A stretch of 64,000 nucleotides of DNA from an uncultured Clostridia bacterium. GTDB taxonomy: Bacteria; Bacillota; DTU025; MWDF01. Below, in pieces: positions 9,738 to 19,149 of the stretch; within the stretch, counting starts at the first letter, position 1; each line of letters opens with the position of its first letter. The position numbers and the translations under genes are program-made. Location: contig CAZNZD010000002.1 of NCBI GenBank assembly GCA_964577435.1, positions 27,642 through 91,641 of the forward strand. Reading direction: 5' to 3'. Under the pieces are notes generated by a model that searched no databases, was not told where the DNA came from, and saw nothing but the letters and a program-made list of their open reading frames with translations.

Positions 9738-9815
9738 CATGACGGCGCCCTGTTCCTGTGAGAGGCGCCATGTATATTCTCCATCAACCGGCGTTTCCGG
9801 TCAATGGTTTCTGGC

Positions 9816-9891
9816 TGGCACTCCCAACGGGATTCGAACCCGTGTTATCGCCTTGAAAGGGCGGTGTCCTAGACCCCTAGACCATGGGAGC
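9816..9891 (-). tRNA. tRNA-Glu (anticodon TTC), CCA encoded. It is near-identical in architecture to E. coli tRNA-Glu.
   Basis: gctccca-tg-gtctaggggtctaggac-accgccCTTTCAAggcg-aac-acgggttcgaatcccgt-tgggagt-g-cca. Position 1-72 is a G.U pair. Confidence 0.85.
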
Positions 9892-10096
9892 GCGGTTTAG
9901 CTTTACAATAATATCATTTTGGGTTCTTCCATTTCAATACCGTTGAAGCTCTTGCAGGAACTTCGTTAGTCCCGTATGCATGCAGCCCCTTCCGGCGTTT
10001 TCAGGTGCAAATCTGTGCGAAATGGCACATAATATAAGAGTAGGAAGTCATTTCATCAGGCAGGTCGTTCTCACAACACATATAGGAGGGATAAGA

Positions 10097-11227
10097 GTGA
10101 GGAAAGTACTAGTACTGGCACTTATGGCTGTCATGCTCATAAGCATGGTGGCGACCTCGGCGCCGGCGAAGATCGAAACCGAACTCAACGTTATCACACC
10201 CGTCGCATTGTTCGTCTCCGACGCCGCCCTGCAGGGCTTCGTCAAGTGGGCGAAGGCGAAGTACGGCGTAGACGTGAAGATCTCCAATACCTCCAAGGGC
10301 ACCCAGGTGGCGGCGGGAATGATCCGCGAATGGGGCGTCAATCCTCAGGCAGACATCATCTGGGGCGGAGAGACCGTCATATATGATGGCCTTGCGGCAG
10401 ACGGCTTCCTCATCAAGCACGAGGTGCCCCAGGCATACCTGGACAAGATACCCACCTCGATGGGATCTCCCAAACCCCTTCCGCTTAAGGACCCCAAGGG
10501 CTATTGGACCGGAACGGCGCTTGAGCCCTACGGCATAGTCTACAACGAGGGCCTCCTAATCAGAAGGCTCAGGTCGACCGCGCCTGAGACATGGGACGAT
10601 TTGGTCAGCAACCCCAAGCACAAGGGGCAGATCGCACAGTGCACGCCCGATAACTCGAGCTCGAGCCATGCGACATACGAAGTGATGCTCCAGATGCTCG
10701 GCGAGACCAAGGGCTGGGAATGGCTATCCAAGCTCGGCGCATATACCGGGCAGTTCGTGGCCCGTTCTAAGGACGTCCCCTCCGTGGTAGCCAAGGGCGA
10801 GTACGCGCTCGGCTTCGCGGTACCCAGCTATATGGCTTTCGAGGAGTTCCTCAACGGCTATGACATCAAGTTCGTGGCCCCTGCAGGCTGCTATGTGACC
10901 CCAGAGCCCATCGCCGTGATCAAGAACGCGAAGAATCCCAACACCGCAAAGGCGTTCATCGAGTACCTTCTGACCGAAGAAGGCCAGAGGCTCTTCATCG
11001 ACCGCGGCCTGTTCCCCATCATGCCTTCGATGAAGGTCGAGGGGGCGAAGGGCTCGACAGCCGAGCTTGCCGTCCAGTTCTACGGCGGGCGCAGGTCCTA
11101 CTTCGATGGCACCGTAGCCAACACCTATGACAACATACTCGCCGATGGCAGGTATGATTCCGTGAACAAGTACTTCCGCGACAACATCTTCGCCAAGATC
11201 GACGAGCTCAAGAAGAAGTACAACTAG
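10097..11227 (+). CDS. ABC transporter periplasmic substrate-binding protein, PBP2 family 1 of the Fe3+/thiamine/polyamine type
   Basis: Signal peptide with no lipobox Cys. It shows SBP family 1 motifs. The likely start is GTG 10097 after AGGAGGG. ORF track is 9980..11227. Confidence 0.7.
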   Translation: MRKVLVLALMAVMLISMVATSAPAKIETELNVITPVALFVSDAALQGFVKWAKAKYGVDVKISNTSKGTQVAAGMIREWGVNPQADIIWGGETVIYDGLAADGFLIKHEVPQAYLDKIPTSMGSPKPLPLKDPKGYWTGTALEPYGIVYNEGLLIRRLRSTAPETWDDLVSNPKHKGQIAQCTPDNSSSSHATYEVMLQMLGETKGWEWLSKLGAYTGQFVARSKDVPSVVAKGEYALGFAVPSYMAFEEFLNGYDIKFVAPAGCYVTPEPIAVIKNAKNPNTAKAFIEYLLTEEGQRLFIDRGLFPIMPSMKVEGAKGSTAELAVQFYGGRRSYFDGTVANTYDNILADGRYDSVNKYFRDNIFAKIDELKKKYN

Positions 11228-11245
11228 CCTGGCACCATCACCGGC

Positions 11246-11279
11246 ATGCGGGCGGGCTTAGCTGCCCGTCCGCATTTTA
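11246..11279 (+). terminator. Hairpin plus TTTT between the binding-protein and ATPase genes, read as an intra-operon attenuator or partial terminator
   Basis: atgcgggcgggc-ttag-ctgcccgtccgcat followed by tttt. Confidence 0.4.
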
Positions 11280-11307
11280 ACGATTGAGTATCTTTGAGGT
11301 GAAGCAC

Positions 11308-12381
11308 ATGCAGATAAGACTTGCGGGCGTAACCAAGCGCTTCAATAAGTTCGAGGCCCTCAGCAGGGTTGACCTTGAGATCAAAGACGGCGAGCTTTTC
11401 ACTCTCCTGGGCCCTTCGGGCTGCGGAAAGACCACGACATTGAGGCTTATCGCCGGCTTTTACATACCCGACGAGGGGAAGATCTACTTCGGCGGCAACG
11501 AGGTGCAGGACATCCCCACCTCCAAGCGCAACATAGGGATGGTCTTCCAGAACTATGCGCTCTGGCCGCATATGACGGTATTCAGGAACGTGGCCTACGG
11601 GCTCCAGTTCAAGCGCATACCGAAGGCCGACTGGCCGAAGCTTGTGAACGAGGCTTTGGACAAGGTGGGCCTGGTGGGCTACGAGAGCAGGTACCCCGGC
11701 CAGCTGTCAGGCGGCCAGCAGCAGAGGGTCGCCCTGGCAAGGGCGCTAGCCCTTAACCCGGACGTGCTGCTTCTGGATGAACCCCTTTCGAACCTGGACG
11801 CGAAGATCAGGGGCTCCGTCAGGGCGGAGATTAGGAAGCTGCAGCAGGCTCTGGGCATAACGACTGTGTACGTGACCCACGACCAGGAGGAGGCCCTTAC
11901 CCTTTCGGACAGGATAGGCATCATGAACGAAGGGAAGATAGTCCAGATCGGAAACCCACACGAGCTATATGAGAAGCCGGTCTCAAGGTTCGTCGCCGAC
12001 TTCATTGGAACCAACAACCTGGTTCCCGGTGTTGTGAAGGCTGATGCGGCAGGCTGGCTTAGCGTTGAGACGCCGGCAGGGGTGATAACGGGGAGGAGCA
12101 ACTGCGACTGCAGGAGCGGCGACAAGTGCACCGTTTCCTTCCGCCCGGAGAATGTGAGGGTGATCAGGGCAGGGGAGCAGACGCCCGACGACAACCTCAT
12201 CGACGGCAAGGTAAGCTTCGCGAGCTATATGGGAAACACCCTCAGGTACGAGGTAGAGCAGAAGGGCGGCATCATCATCAAGGCGGACATCAAGAACCCT
12301 CTCGGGCATAAGGAAATGCCGTGGGGGACTGATGTCAAGGTGGCATTCGACAGGGCATCGGCCCTGATCATCCCGGACTAG
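11308..12381 (+). CDS. ABC transporter ATP-binding protein, FbpC/PotA-like with a C-terminal TOBE domain
   Basis: Walker A GPSGCGKTT, signature LSGGQQQR and Walker B LLLDEP are all present, with a C-terminal MOP/TOBE region. The likely start is ATG 11308 after GAGGTGA. Confidence 0.8.
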   Translation: MQIRLAGVTKRFNKFEALSRVDLEIKDGELFTLLGPSGCGKTTTLRLIAGFYIPDEGKIYFGGNEVQDIPTSKRNIGMVFQNYALWPHMTVFRNVAYGLQFKRIPKADWPKLVNEALDKVGLVGYESRYPGQLSGGQQQRVALARALALNPDVLLLDEPLSNLDAKIRGSVRAEIRKLQQALGITTVYVTHDQEEALTLSDRIGIMNEGKIVQIGNPHELYEKPVSRFVADFIGTNNLVPGVVKADAAGWLSVETPAGVITGRSNCDCRSGDKCTVSFRPENVRVIRAGEQTPDDNLIDGKVSFASYMGNTLRYEVEQKGGIIIKADIKNPLGHKEMPWGTDVKVAFDRASALIIPD

Positions 12382-12416
12382 GTCCCGGCCGAAAATTTAA
12401 GGGCAGGTGATGCTTG

Positions 12417-14486
12417 ATGGATAAGGGAAGCTCAGCCGGGATGATAAAGTTCAGAAGATGGATGAAGGCCTCCAACCCTTGGGTATGGCCCATATACTTG
12501 TTCCTGGCATTCTTCGTGATATTCCCGCTGATAAAGCTCTTCGTGGACTCGTTCTCGACGGCAGACATTCCTCTGTCGCCCCTTAGAGAGGCGATTATGA
12601 CCGTGGACCTGGCTGACGAGAAGCTGGCCATAGGAGACGCGTCCGCGACGGCTGATGCCATGGAGGACCTCCTAGTCCAGATAGAAAGGTCCAAGGTGGC
12701 CATAACGAGGACGGCTGACGCCCTTCTGCACGGCGCAGGGGACCAGCAGGAGAAGATCGACGGCTGGAAGGCGGCCCTTGCTGAAGTAGAGGCCAAGGAG
12801 CTCGAGATAAAAGCGGCGATGGGGACAGATGCTGCAATAGACCGGGCCCATGAGCTGAAGCAGATACTGGCATCGGCGCTTGAGCTTCCAAGCAAGGCGT
12901 TCTCGGTGAAGTACTTCATAGACGTGTTCAAGGACAAGGTCTACACGAAGGCGCTCATCAACTCGCTTACGCTTGGCTTCGCGTCTGTGATCACCTCATC
13001 TGTAATCGGCTTCGCTGTGGCGTACCTCCTTGTAAGATACGACTTTCCTGGCAGGAAGCTCTTCAACTTCCTGACCATGATACCGATAGTGATGCCGCCT
13101 CTTGTGGGCGTCCTGGGCTTCATCTTCATACTGGGAAGGGGAGGCACCGTAAACGAGCTCTTCTACCTTCTTGCCATTAAGCTGGAGACGGTCTGGCCGG
13201 CCCTTTCGAACTGGCTGTTCGACAACCTTCCGTTCAACTTCGTGTATGGCTGGCACGGACTTCTCATGGTGGAGACGCTCCACCTGTTTCCGCTTATCAC
13301 GCTGAACGTGGTAGATTCCCTCAGCAAGATAGACGCATCCCTTGAGGAAGCTGCCGAGAGCATGGGCTCGGTGGGCTTCAAAAGGCTGTTCGATGTGACG
13401 ATACCGCTGACCGTGCCCGGTTTCGTGACCGGCGCGCTCCTTGTGTTCATCTGGGCGTTTGCGGACTTTGCGACGCCGCATGTGGTGGGGCTGAACAACT
13501 TCATCGCCCCGCTCGCGTTCATGGACATACAGCAGTTCATCGACAGGAACCTGTTCAAGATGGGAATAACAGTCGGCGCAGTGATGGTCCTGTGGTCGAT
13601 AATCTTCCTGGTGATAGCGAAGAAGTACGTGTCAATGAAGGACTACAGCACCTTATCATACAGGCCGGTCGAAAGAAGGAAGCTCAGCAGGGGCTGGTCT
13701 GCCCTCGCCCTCATATTCCTCATCGGCCTCATGCTCTTCGCCTTCATACCATACCTAGGGGTAGGCCTCGCATCATTTGCCAGAGGATGGGCCATGACGC
13801 CTCTTCCTACTACGTGGACGCTTCATCACTATACCAGGGTCATCTTCGACGCGCCGGGCTACATCATCAACACGTTCCTGTATTGCACCCTAGCGGTGGT
13901 GCTGTGCATCCTGATCGGCCTTCCCATCGCATGGATCATGGCTAGGACGAAGATGCGCTCAAGGGGCATCCTGGACATACTTACGACCCTTGTCCTGGCC
14001 CTTCCGGGCACCGCCCTAGGCATAGCATACATAAGGGCCTTCAACTCGCCCATACTGATAAGGCAGCCGCTGGCCAACATATGGATAATCATCCCGATCG
14101 TCCTTGCGGTGAGGAGGCTTCCTTATACGGTAAGGTCCTCGTACAGCTCGCTCATCGTTGTCCACAGGTCGATGGAGGAGGCCGCCGAATCCGTGGGCGC
14201 CAGCATGATGAAGACGTTCAAGGACGTGACCATGCCCTTAATCTGGAAGGGAGTGCTGGCAGGCGCCCTCTTCTCATTCATGACTTCGATACAGGAGAGC
14301 GCGGCGACGATACTGTTGTCCATACCTGGATGGGAGACCATGACTGTGGGCATCTTCAACTTCTACACCGGAGGCACGCACGGAGATGCCGCTGCTCTGG
14401 GGTTCATCCTCATCATCGTGGGTATCGCCACCCTGTATGTCGTCAACAGGCTGAGCAGTTCCAAGGCAGGAGGGTTCTTCGGTTGA
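12417..14486 (+). CDS. Fused double-domain ABC permease, FbpB/ThiP-like, with a roughly 120-aa coiled-coil-like periplasmic insert after TM1
   Basis: It has two BPD_transp_1 EAA-like loops (EEAAESMGS..). ATG is at 12417; the track starts at the TTG at 12414. Confidence 0.75.
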   Translation: MDKGSSAGMIKFRRWMKASNPWVWPIYLFLAFFVIFPLIKLFVDSFSTADIPLSPLREAIMTVDLADEKLAIGDASATADAMEDLLVQIERSKVAITRTADALLHGAGDQQEKIDGWKAALAEVEAKELEIKAAMGTDAAIDRAHELKQILASALELPSKAFSVKYFIDVFKDKVYTKALINSLTLGFASVITSSVIGFAVAYLLVRYDFPGRKLFNFLTMIPIVMPPLVGVLGFIFILGRGGTVNELFYLLAIKLETVWPALSNWLFDNLPFNFVYGWHGLLMVETLHLFPLITLNVVDSLSKIDASLEEAAESMGSVGFKRLFDVTIPLTVPGFVTGALLVFIWAFADFATPHVVGLNNFIAPLAFMDIQQFIDRNLFKMGITVGAVMVLWSIIFLVIAKKYVSMKDYSTLSYRPVERRKLSRGWSALALIFLIGLMLFAFIPYLGVGLASFARGWAMTPLPTTWTLHHYTRVIFDAPGYIINTFLYCTLAVVLCILIGLPIAWIMARTKMRSRGILDILTTLVLALPGTALGIAYIRAFNSPILIRQPLANIWIIIPIVLAVRRLPYTVRSSYSSLIVVHRSMEEAAESVGASMMKTFKDVTMPLIWKGVLAGALFSFMTSIQESAATILLSIPGWETMTVGIFNFYTGGTHGDAAALGFILIIVGIATLYVVNRLSSSKAGGFFG

Positions 14487-14516
14487 TGCCCTGACCGCAA
14501 GGAGGATATCGTGCGC

Positions 14517-14550
14517 AGAGGGGGCGGGTTTCCGCCCTCTTCTGCTTTTT
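14517..14550 (+). terminator. Rho-independent terminator of the ABC operon
   Basis: agagggggcggg-ttt-ccgccctct followed by tctgcttttt. Confidence 0.6.
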
Positions 14551-14630
14551 CCGGAAGGGAGGGCGGATAATACAGCAGCCTGCCCGGAAGCCCGGCAGAG
14601 GAGGTCTGATCAGATATCCCGCACAAGGGG

Positions 14631-14666
14631 CAAAAAGAAAGCGGGGCACCCGGAAGGATGCCCCGC
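14631..14666 (-). terminator. Rho-independent terminator downstream of the TM2-domain gene
   Basis: gcggggca-cccggaagga-tgccccgc, followed on the minus strand by tttctttttg. Confidence 0.5.
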
Positions 14667-14681
14667 AAGTCGGCTGTTGGA

Positions 14682-15077
14682 CTACTTGATTGCCATCATC
14701 AGGTCGTAGTTGTAAGCCAGGGTCCTCTTCTTGATGCTGAACAGGTCGATTATCCACCAGATTCCGAAGCCGCCGCCGGTCACTACCTTTATGACGCCCA
14801 TCACGGTGTCATCGAGGAAGAAGCGGTCGATGCCTACGAGGGCCCATATTAGCATCTGGTCGGGATCCCTGTAGTCTTCGTTAATAGCCGCGGTGAATGA
14901 GGTCTCGCTGAGTCCGGCCAGCTTTGTCTTGACGCTTTCAAGGACCGACGCGTCGAACCAGTCGCCCTTGGCGGCCACGAACGCGTTGATGTTCTCGGTC
15001 CTGGTTGCCGCTGCGACTGAGAGGGGGAATACGAGCAGCATCGCGGCCAGCACCATGAAGGTTACTGTCTTCTTCAT
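14682..15077 (-). CDS. Secreted TM2-domain protein
   Basis: Signal peptide, then WALVGIDRFFLDD..GVIKVVTGGGFGIWWIIDLF, which matches the TM2 domain consensus. Confidence 0.6.
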   Translation of the reverse strand: MKKTVTFMVLAAMLLVFPLSVAAATRTENINAFVAAKGDWFDASVLESVKTKLAGLSETSFTAAINEDYRDPDQMLIWALVGIDRFFLDDTVMGVIKVVTGGGFGIWWIIDLFSIKKRTLAYNYDLMMAIK

Positions 15078-15159
15078 CTAATCGCCTCCCAATATAATGG
15101 CTATAAGCATATATTACCCCTTAGGCCCTCAGATTCCTTCAAGCCTCCAACTAAATGAT

Positions 15160-15189
15160 AAAAAAAGGGGAGCGGTCGAAACCGCTCCC
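15160..15189 (-). terminator. Rho-independent terminator after the CUT2 ABC operon
   Basis: On the minus strand: gggagcgg-tttcga-ccgctcccc followed by ttttttt. Confidence 0.6.
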
Positions 15190-15210
15190 TTACAGCCGGG
15201 ATTGTGAGGA

Positions 15211-16347
15211 TTACTTCTTCCTGCTCTGAATCGCATGCATGGCAAGCGCGACTGCTATGACAGAGTATGAGATGAGCTGCCTGAACCATTCGCCGATCTG
15301 CGGCTCTCCGAATAGCTTCTGGCCTGCTAGAGGGGACACCACGAACAGAGTGTGGAACAGGAGCACCCCGATTATGGCATTCCATATCCCTGCCCGTTTG
15401 ACAGACGCCCCGCCCACCAGAAGCGCCGCCACGGAGAACATGCCTACCTGCTCGTGGGCATTGAAGGTGTTCAGCGAACCGAGGTTCTGCAGGAAGATGA
15501 GCTGTCCCCAGGCTGCAAGCACGGTGGAGTAGATCACTGCGATGATCCTAACCCTGTCGACCTTTATGCCTGATACCTCGGCGATGGCCATATCCTGTCC
15601 GATCGCCCGGAAGTTTTGCCCCATCTTGGTCTTCATGAGGAAGACTATCACTATGCAAAGCAGGGCTGACATGAAGAAGGCTCCGAGAGGCACCCTCCAG
15701 GGTCCAAAGGTATCGGTCCAGATTATGCCGTTCCAGTTGAACAGGCGGGCAAAGACATTGTCCAGAGAATAGTAGATATTCGAGAGGTCTATCGTGTTTC
15801 TGAGGCCCACGCCGTTGCTGAGCATGACAGCCTGGGATACGGGCGAGCTCATGTTGACAGGTATCAGAGTCCCGATAAGCATCAGGAACAGGAGCTGATA
15901 GACACCGTTTGCGAAGAAGCCCATGATCATGCCCGTTATCATCTCGCGGCCCTTCGCCCTGTTGAAGACGCTGCCGACTATATAGCCGAACAACACGGAT
16001 ATCGGTACTGATATGGCCATTGCGCTTACAAAACCGAACAGCCCCTTAAGCTGCATGAAGGTTATGATGATGAGGGCGATCTGGCCTGACATCGCCCCGA
16101 CTACTATGCCAAAGTTGAGCCCTATGCCCGCGCTTACGGGAATTAGGAGTGAAAGGACGATGAACAGGTTCCGGCCGAGGCGGGATAGCAGCTCTCCTAT
16201 CAGGTAGTTAATGTCGAGGTCCGATGCGATTATGCTTGCCACGCAGAGCACGGTGAAGAATATCGGCACGCCCGACTGGGCGAGCACCTGCATTAGCCTG
16301 CTCTGCTTCTTAACGGCGGGGACAGCCTCCAATCTGTTGTCTGCCAT
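15211..16347 (-). CDS. ABC transporter permease, BPD_transp_2 / RbsC-like
   Basis: 378-aa polytopic membrane protein in the CUT2 operon, directly downstream of its partner permease. Confidence 0.8.
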   Translation of the reverse strand: MADNRLEAVPAVKKQSRLMQVLAQSGVPIFFTVLCVASIIASDLDINYLIGELLSRLGRNLFIVLSLLIPVSAGIGLNFGIVVGAMSGQIALIIITFMQLKGLFGFVSAMAISVPISVLFGYIVGSVFNRAKGREMITGMIMGFFANGVYQLLFLMLIGTLIPVNMSSPVSQAVMLSNGVGLRNTIDLSNIYYSLDNVFARLFNWNGIIWTDTFGPWRVPLGAFFMSALLCIVIVFLMKTKMGQNFRAIGQDMAIAEVSGIKVDRVRIIAVIYSTVLAAWGQLIFLQNLGSLNTFNAHEQVGMFSVAALLVGGASVKRAGIWNAIIGVLLFHTLFVVSPLAGQKLFGEPQIGEWFRQLISYSVIAVALAMHAIQSRKK

Positions 16348-16351
16348 GCCG

Positions 16352-17434
16352 CTACCTCCCCCCCGTAGCCCTTGTGAGGGCGTACAGTATCATGCCGTTG
16401 CTAATAAGCACCCTGGCTATCTCGCTTATCTCCGAGCCCTCCATGACGGCCTGCGTAACCGGAGGGGCTATGGTAAGCAGCGTCTGGAACAGGAAGGCGC
16501 CGATGATGACGTTCGCCACGTTCGCCTTCCTGAGCGAGGCCCCGCCTATCAGGATTGCCGCGATGGCAGGGAATGCGGCCGTCTGCGGCGCCGTATAGAG
16601 CTGCATGAAGCCGTAGCTCTGCGCGAATGTGATGATTCCGACGGCACCCAGCACAGTGGAGAGTATCACGCCGACCATCTTCATCCTCTTCACGCTTATT
16701 CCTGATGAGACCGCATATGCCGGGTTCGACCCGGTCGCCTTCATCGCAAGGCCGGTCTTCGACCTGAGGAACAGGTATATCCCCAGGCAGAGCATCAGCC
16801 AGAACAGAAGGAGCCCTGTAGGCACGATGATGTCGCCTATCCTGAACGACAGGAAGTTGTTGAGCACCTTTCCGAAGGTATCGGTAAGGCTTATCGTGTA
16901 CCTGAGCCCCTTGCCGCCCACCGCGAAGATGAGCTTCGGGTTTCTGATGGGAGCCAGCATCCAGAATATGCTCATCCCGAAGACCGCGGCGTATGCCAGG
17001 TAGGTGCCGACCATCATCTCCTCGCCGCGCACCTTGTCTAGCACCTGGTGGTACAGATAGCCGACCACGGTCGCTATGGGTACGGAGATAAGTATCGCAA
17101 CGGAGAAGCCTGCCCAGCCTGAGATATTCATATTTATGGTTAGTATGCCGCCTAGAAGGCCGCAGAGTATGCCCAGCGGCAGGCCGAAGTTCATTCCCAC
17201 TCCGCAAACGACCGCGGGAAGCATCGACAGGATGAGTATCCCGTTCATGCCCACCCTTACAAGGGAATCGCTAATAAGCCCCTGGACTGCAAGGCCCTTG
17301 ACTGCAGCGACGGCGAAGAGGAAAAGGACGAAGGCCAGTATGATTATCCTGGCAATGCCGAATTCCCTCAGCGCGGTCCTTAAGCTGAACCTTGCCGGTG
17401 CCGGGCACTTCTCTCCGGTGTCCGTCCGCCTCAT
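16352..17434 (-). CDS. ABC transporter permease, BPD_transp_2 / RbsC-like
   Basis: 360-aa polytopic membrane protein. It overlaps the ATPase stop by 4 nt. Confidence 0.8.
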   Translation of the reverse strand: MRRTDTGEKCPAPARFSLRTALREFGIARIIILAFVLFLFAVAAVKGLAVQGLISDSLVRVGMNGILILSMLPAVVCGVGMNFGLPLGILCGLLGGILTINMNISGWAGFSVAILISVPIATVVGYLYHQVLDKVRGEEMMVGTYLAYAAVFGMSIFWMLAPIRNPKLIFAVGGKGLRYTISLTDTFGKVLNNFLSFRIGDIIVPTGLLLFWLMLCLGIYLFLRSKTGLAMKATGSNPAYAVSSGISVKRMKMVGVILSTVLGAVGIITFAQSYGFMQLYTAPQTAAFPAIAAILIGGASLRKANVANVIIGAFLFQTLLTIAPPVTQAVMEGSEISEIARVLISNGMILYALTRATGGR

Positions 17435-19059
17435 GCCTTCGCCACCTCCTTATGCTTCAGCGTCTCTCCTGCCATCATAAGGCCGAAATCAAGGTCGGGG
17501 GCGTCCGGGGAGAGTATTCCGGCTATCCTGCCCTCGTATACGATCACTATCCTGTCGCAGATCTTCCTCAGCTCGGCTAGCTCGGAGGAAGTCATTATCA
17601 CAGTCATGCCGAAGTCCCTGTTGAACTTGACCAGCTGGTCCAATACGAGCTCCTTCGCGCCTACGTCTATGCCCCTTGTTGGCTCGGACACCCACATAAG
17701 TTCGGGCTCGAGGGCGAAGGCGCGGGCCAGGCAGACTTTCTGCTGGTTTCCTCCGGACAGCCTCCTGACAGGCTGGGTGGGGCCCGTGCACCTTATGTCA
17801 AGCTCGTCTATCATGCTGTCGGCATACTTCCTTATGGCGGCGTTGTCAGCCAGCTTCAGCGCCTTAAGAAGGCCCGTCGCAAGGAACTTGTTCTGAACCT
17901 GCATGGAGGTCATGACCATGTTTATCTCAGTGGCGTCGTCCAGAAGAAGGCCCGTGCCGCGCCTGTCCTCCGAGACGAAGGCCATCTTCGCCGAGAGGGC
18001 CTCATACGGGCTGTTGAGCCTCACCGGAGAGTTATCCTTCTCCACGCTTCCTGTGGAGGGGAAGAGACCCATCACACCGTTGGCTATCCCAACCTTGCCG
18101 TGGCCTGCGAGGCCTCCTATCCCAAGGATCTCGCCGCGGCGCACGTTCAGGTCTATGCCTTTGACTGCCTCTCCGGTCATGTCCACCTTCAGGTTCTTAA
18201 TCGAAAGCACTATGTCTTTATCGCTGGGTTCCTTCTTCCTGGGGGGGAGGGCGGTCTTCTCGATCGACCTGCCGACCATTATCTCGGCGATCCTCTCTAC
18301 CTTCGCGTCCTTCCTCGGCATCGAGGCCACCACGGCGCCGTCTCTCAGTATGGTTATGTTGTCGGCGACCGCCAGCACCTCATCGAGCCTGTGGGTGATG
18401 AAGAGCATCGCGATGCCTGCCTGAGACAGCTTGCGCATCGCATCGAGAAGCTTGTCGGCCTCGCTTTCTGTGAGCACTGCAGTCGGCTCGTCAAGCACCA
18501 GGAGCTTCACATTCTTCTTGTCTATCTCCCTGGCGATCTCGATGAACTGCTTGTATCCTACAGGAAGGCCTGCCACAACCGCCCAGTCGTCGATGGTGAG
18601 GCCGAGCCTGCTTATCGCGTCCTGCGAGTCGCGCCTCATGCGCTTGATGTCGAGCGTCTCGAAGTCCTTTCCGAATACCGCGCTGACCGGGTTCTTTGAC
18701 GTCAGCTCCCTGTTCAGCTTTATATTCTCGGTAGCGGTGAATCCCGGAAGAAGCATGAACTCCTGGTGTACCATGCCTATCCCCAGCTCCATCGCATGCC
18801 TGGGGGATTCCATCTTTACCGGCTGTCCCTCGAACACCACCTGGCCTTCGAAACCGCCGGTATCCTTTATAACCGGCATACCGAAGAGGATGTTCATCAG
18901 TGTAGACTTGCCAGCCCCGTTCTCCCCTACGAGCGCGTGGATCTCGCCGGGCCTTACGGAGAGGCTCACGTCGTGCAGAACGGCGGTCCCGAAGAAGGAT
19001 TTGCCTATTGCCTGCAGCTGCAGGACGAACTCTTCAGGCATTTTCGGGTCTCCTCTCAA
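17431..19059 (-). CDS. ABC transporter ATP-binding protein with two ABC cassettes, RbsA/CUT2 type
   Basis: Two Walker A motifs (GENGAGKST and a degenerate second one), LSGGNQQK, and DEPT are present. Confidence 0.85.
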   Translation of the reverse strand: MRGDPKMPEEFVLQLQAIGKSFFGTAVLHDVSLSVRPGEIHALVGENGAGKSTLMNILFGMPVIKDTGGFEGQVVFEGQPVKMESPRHAMELGIGMVHQEFMLLPGFTATENIKLNRELTSKNPVSAVFGKDFETLDIKRMRRDSQDAISRLGLTIDDWAVVAGLPVGYKQFIEIAREIDKKNVKLLVLDEPTAVLTESEADKLLDAMRKLSQAGIAMLFITHRLDEVLAVADNITILRDGAVVASMPRKDAKVERIAEIMVGRSIEKTALPPRKKEPSDKDIVLSIKNLKVDMTGEAVKGIDLNVRRGEILGIGGLAGHGKVGIANGVMGLFPSTGSVEKDNSPVRLNSPYEALSAKMAFVSEDRRGTGLLLDDATEINMVMTSMQVQNKFLATGLLKALKLADNAAIRKYADSMIDELDIRCTGPTQPVRRLSGGNQQKVCLARAFALEPELMWVSEPTRGIDVGAKELVLDQLVKFNRDFGMTVIMTSSELAELRKICDRIVIVYEGRIAGILSPDAPDLDFGLMMAGETLKHKEVAKA

Positions 19060-19149
19060 GAGTCTTTAATGCAGGAAGCCGGGCTTTGTACCCGGCTGCC
19101 TGCCATTTATGCTCGGATTTCGCGTTTTCTTGAGCTCATCGGCCCTGGT

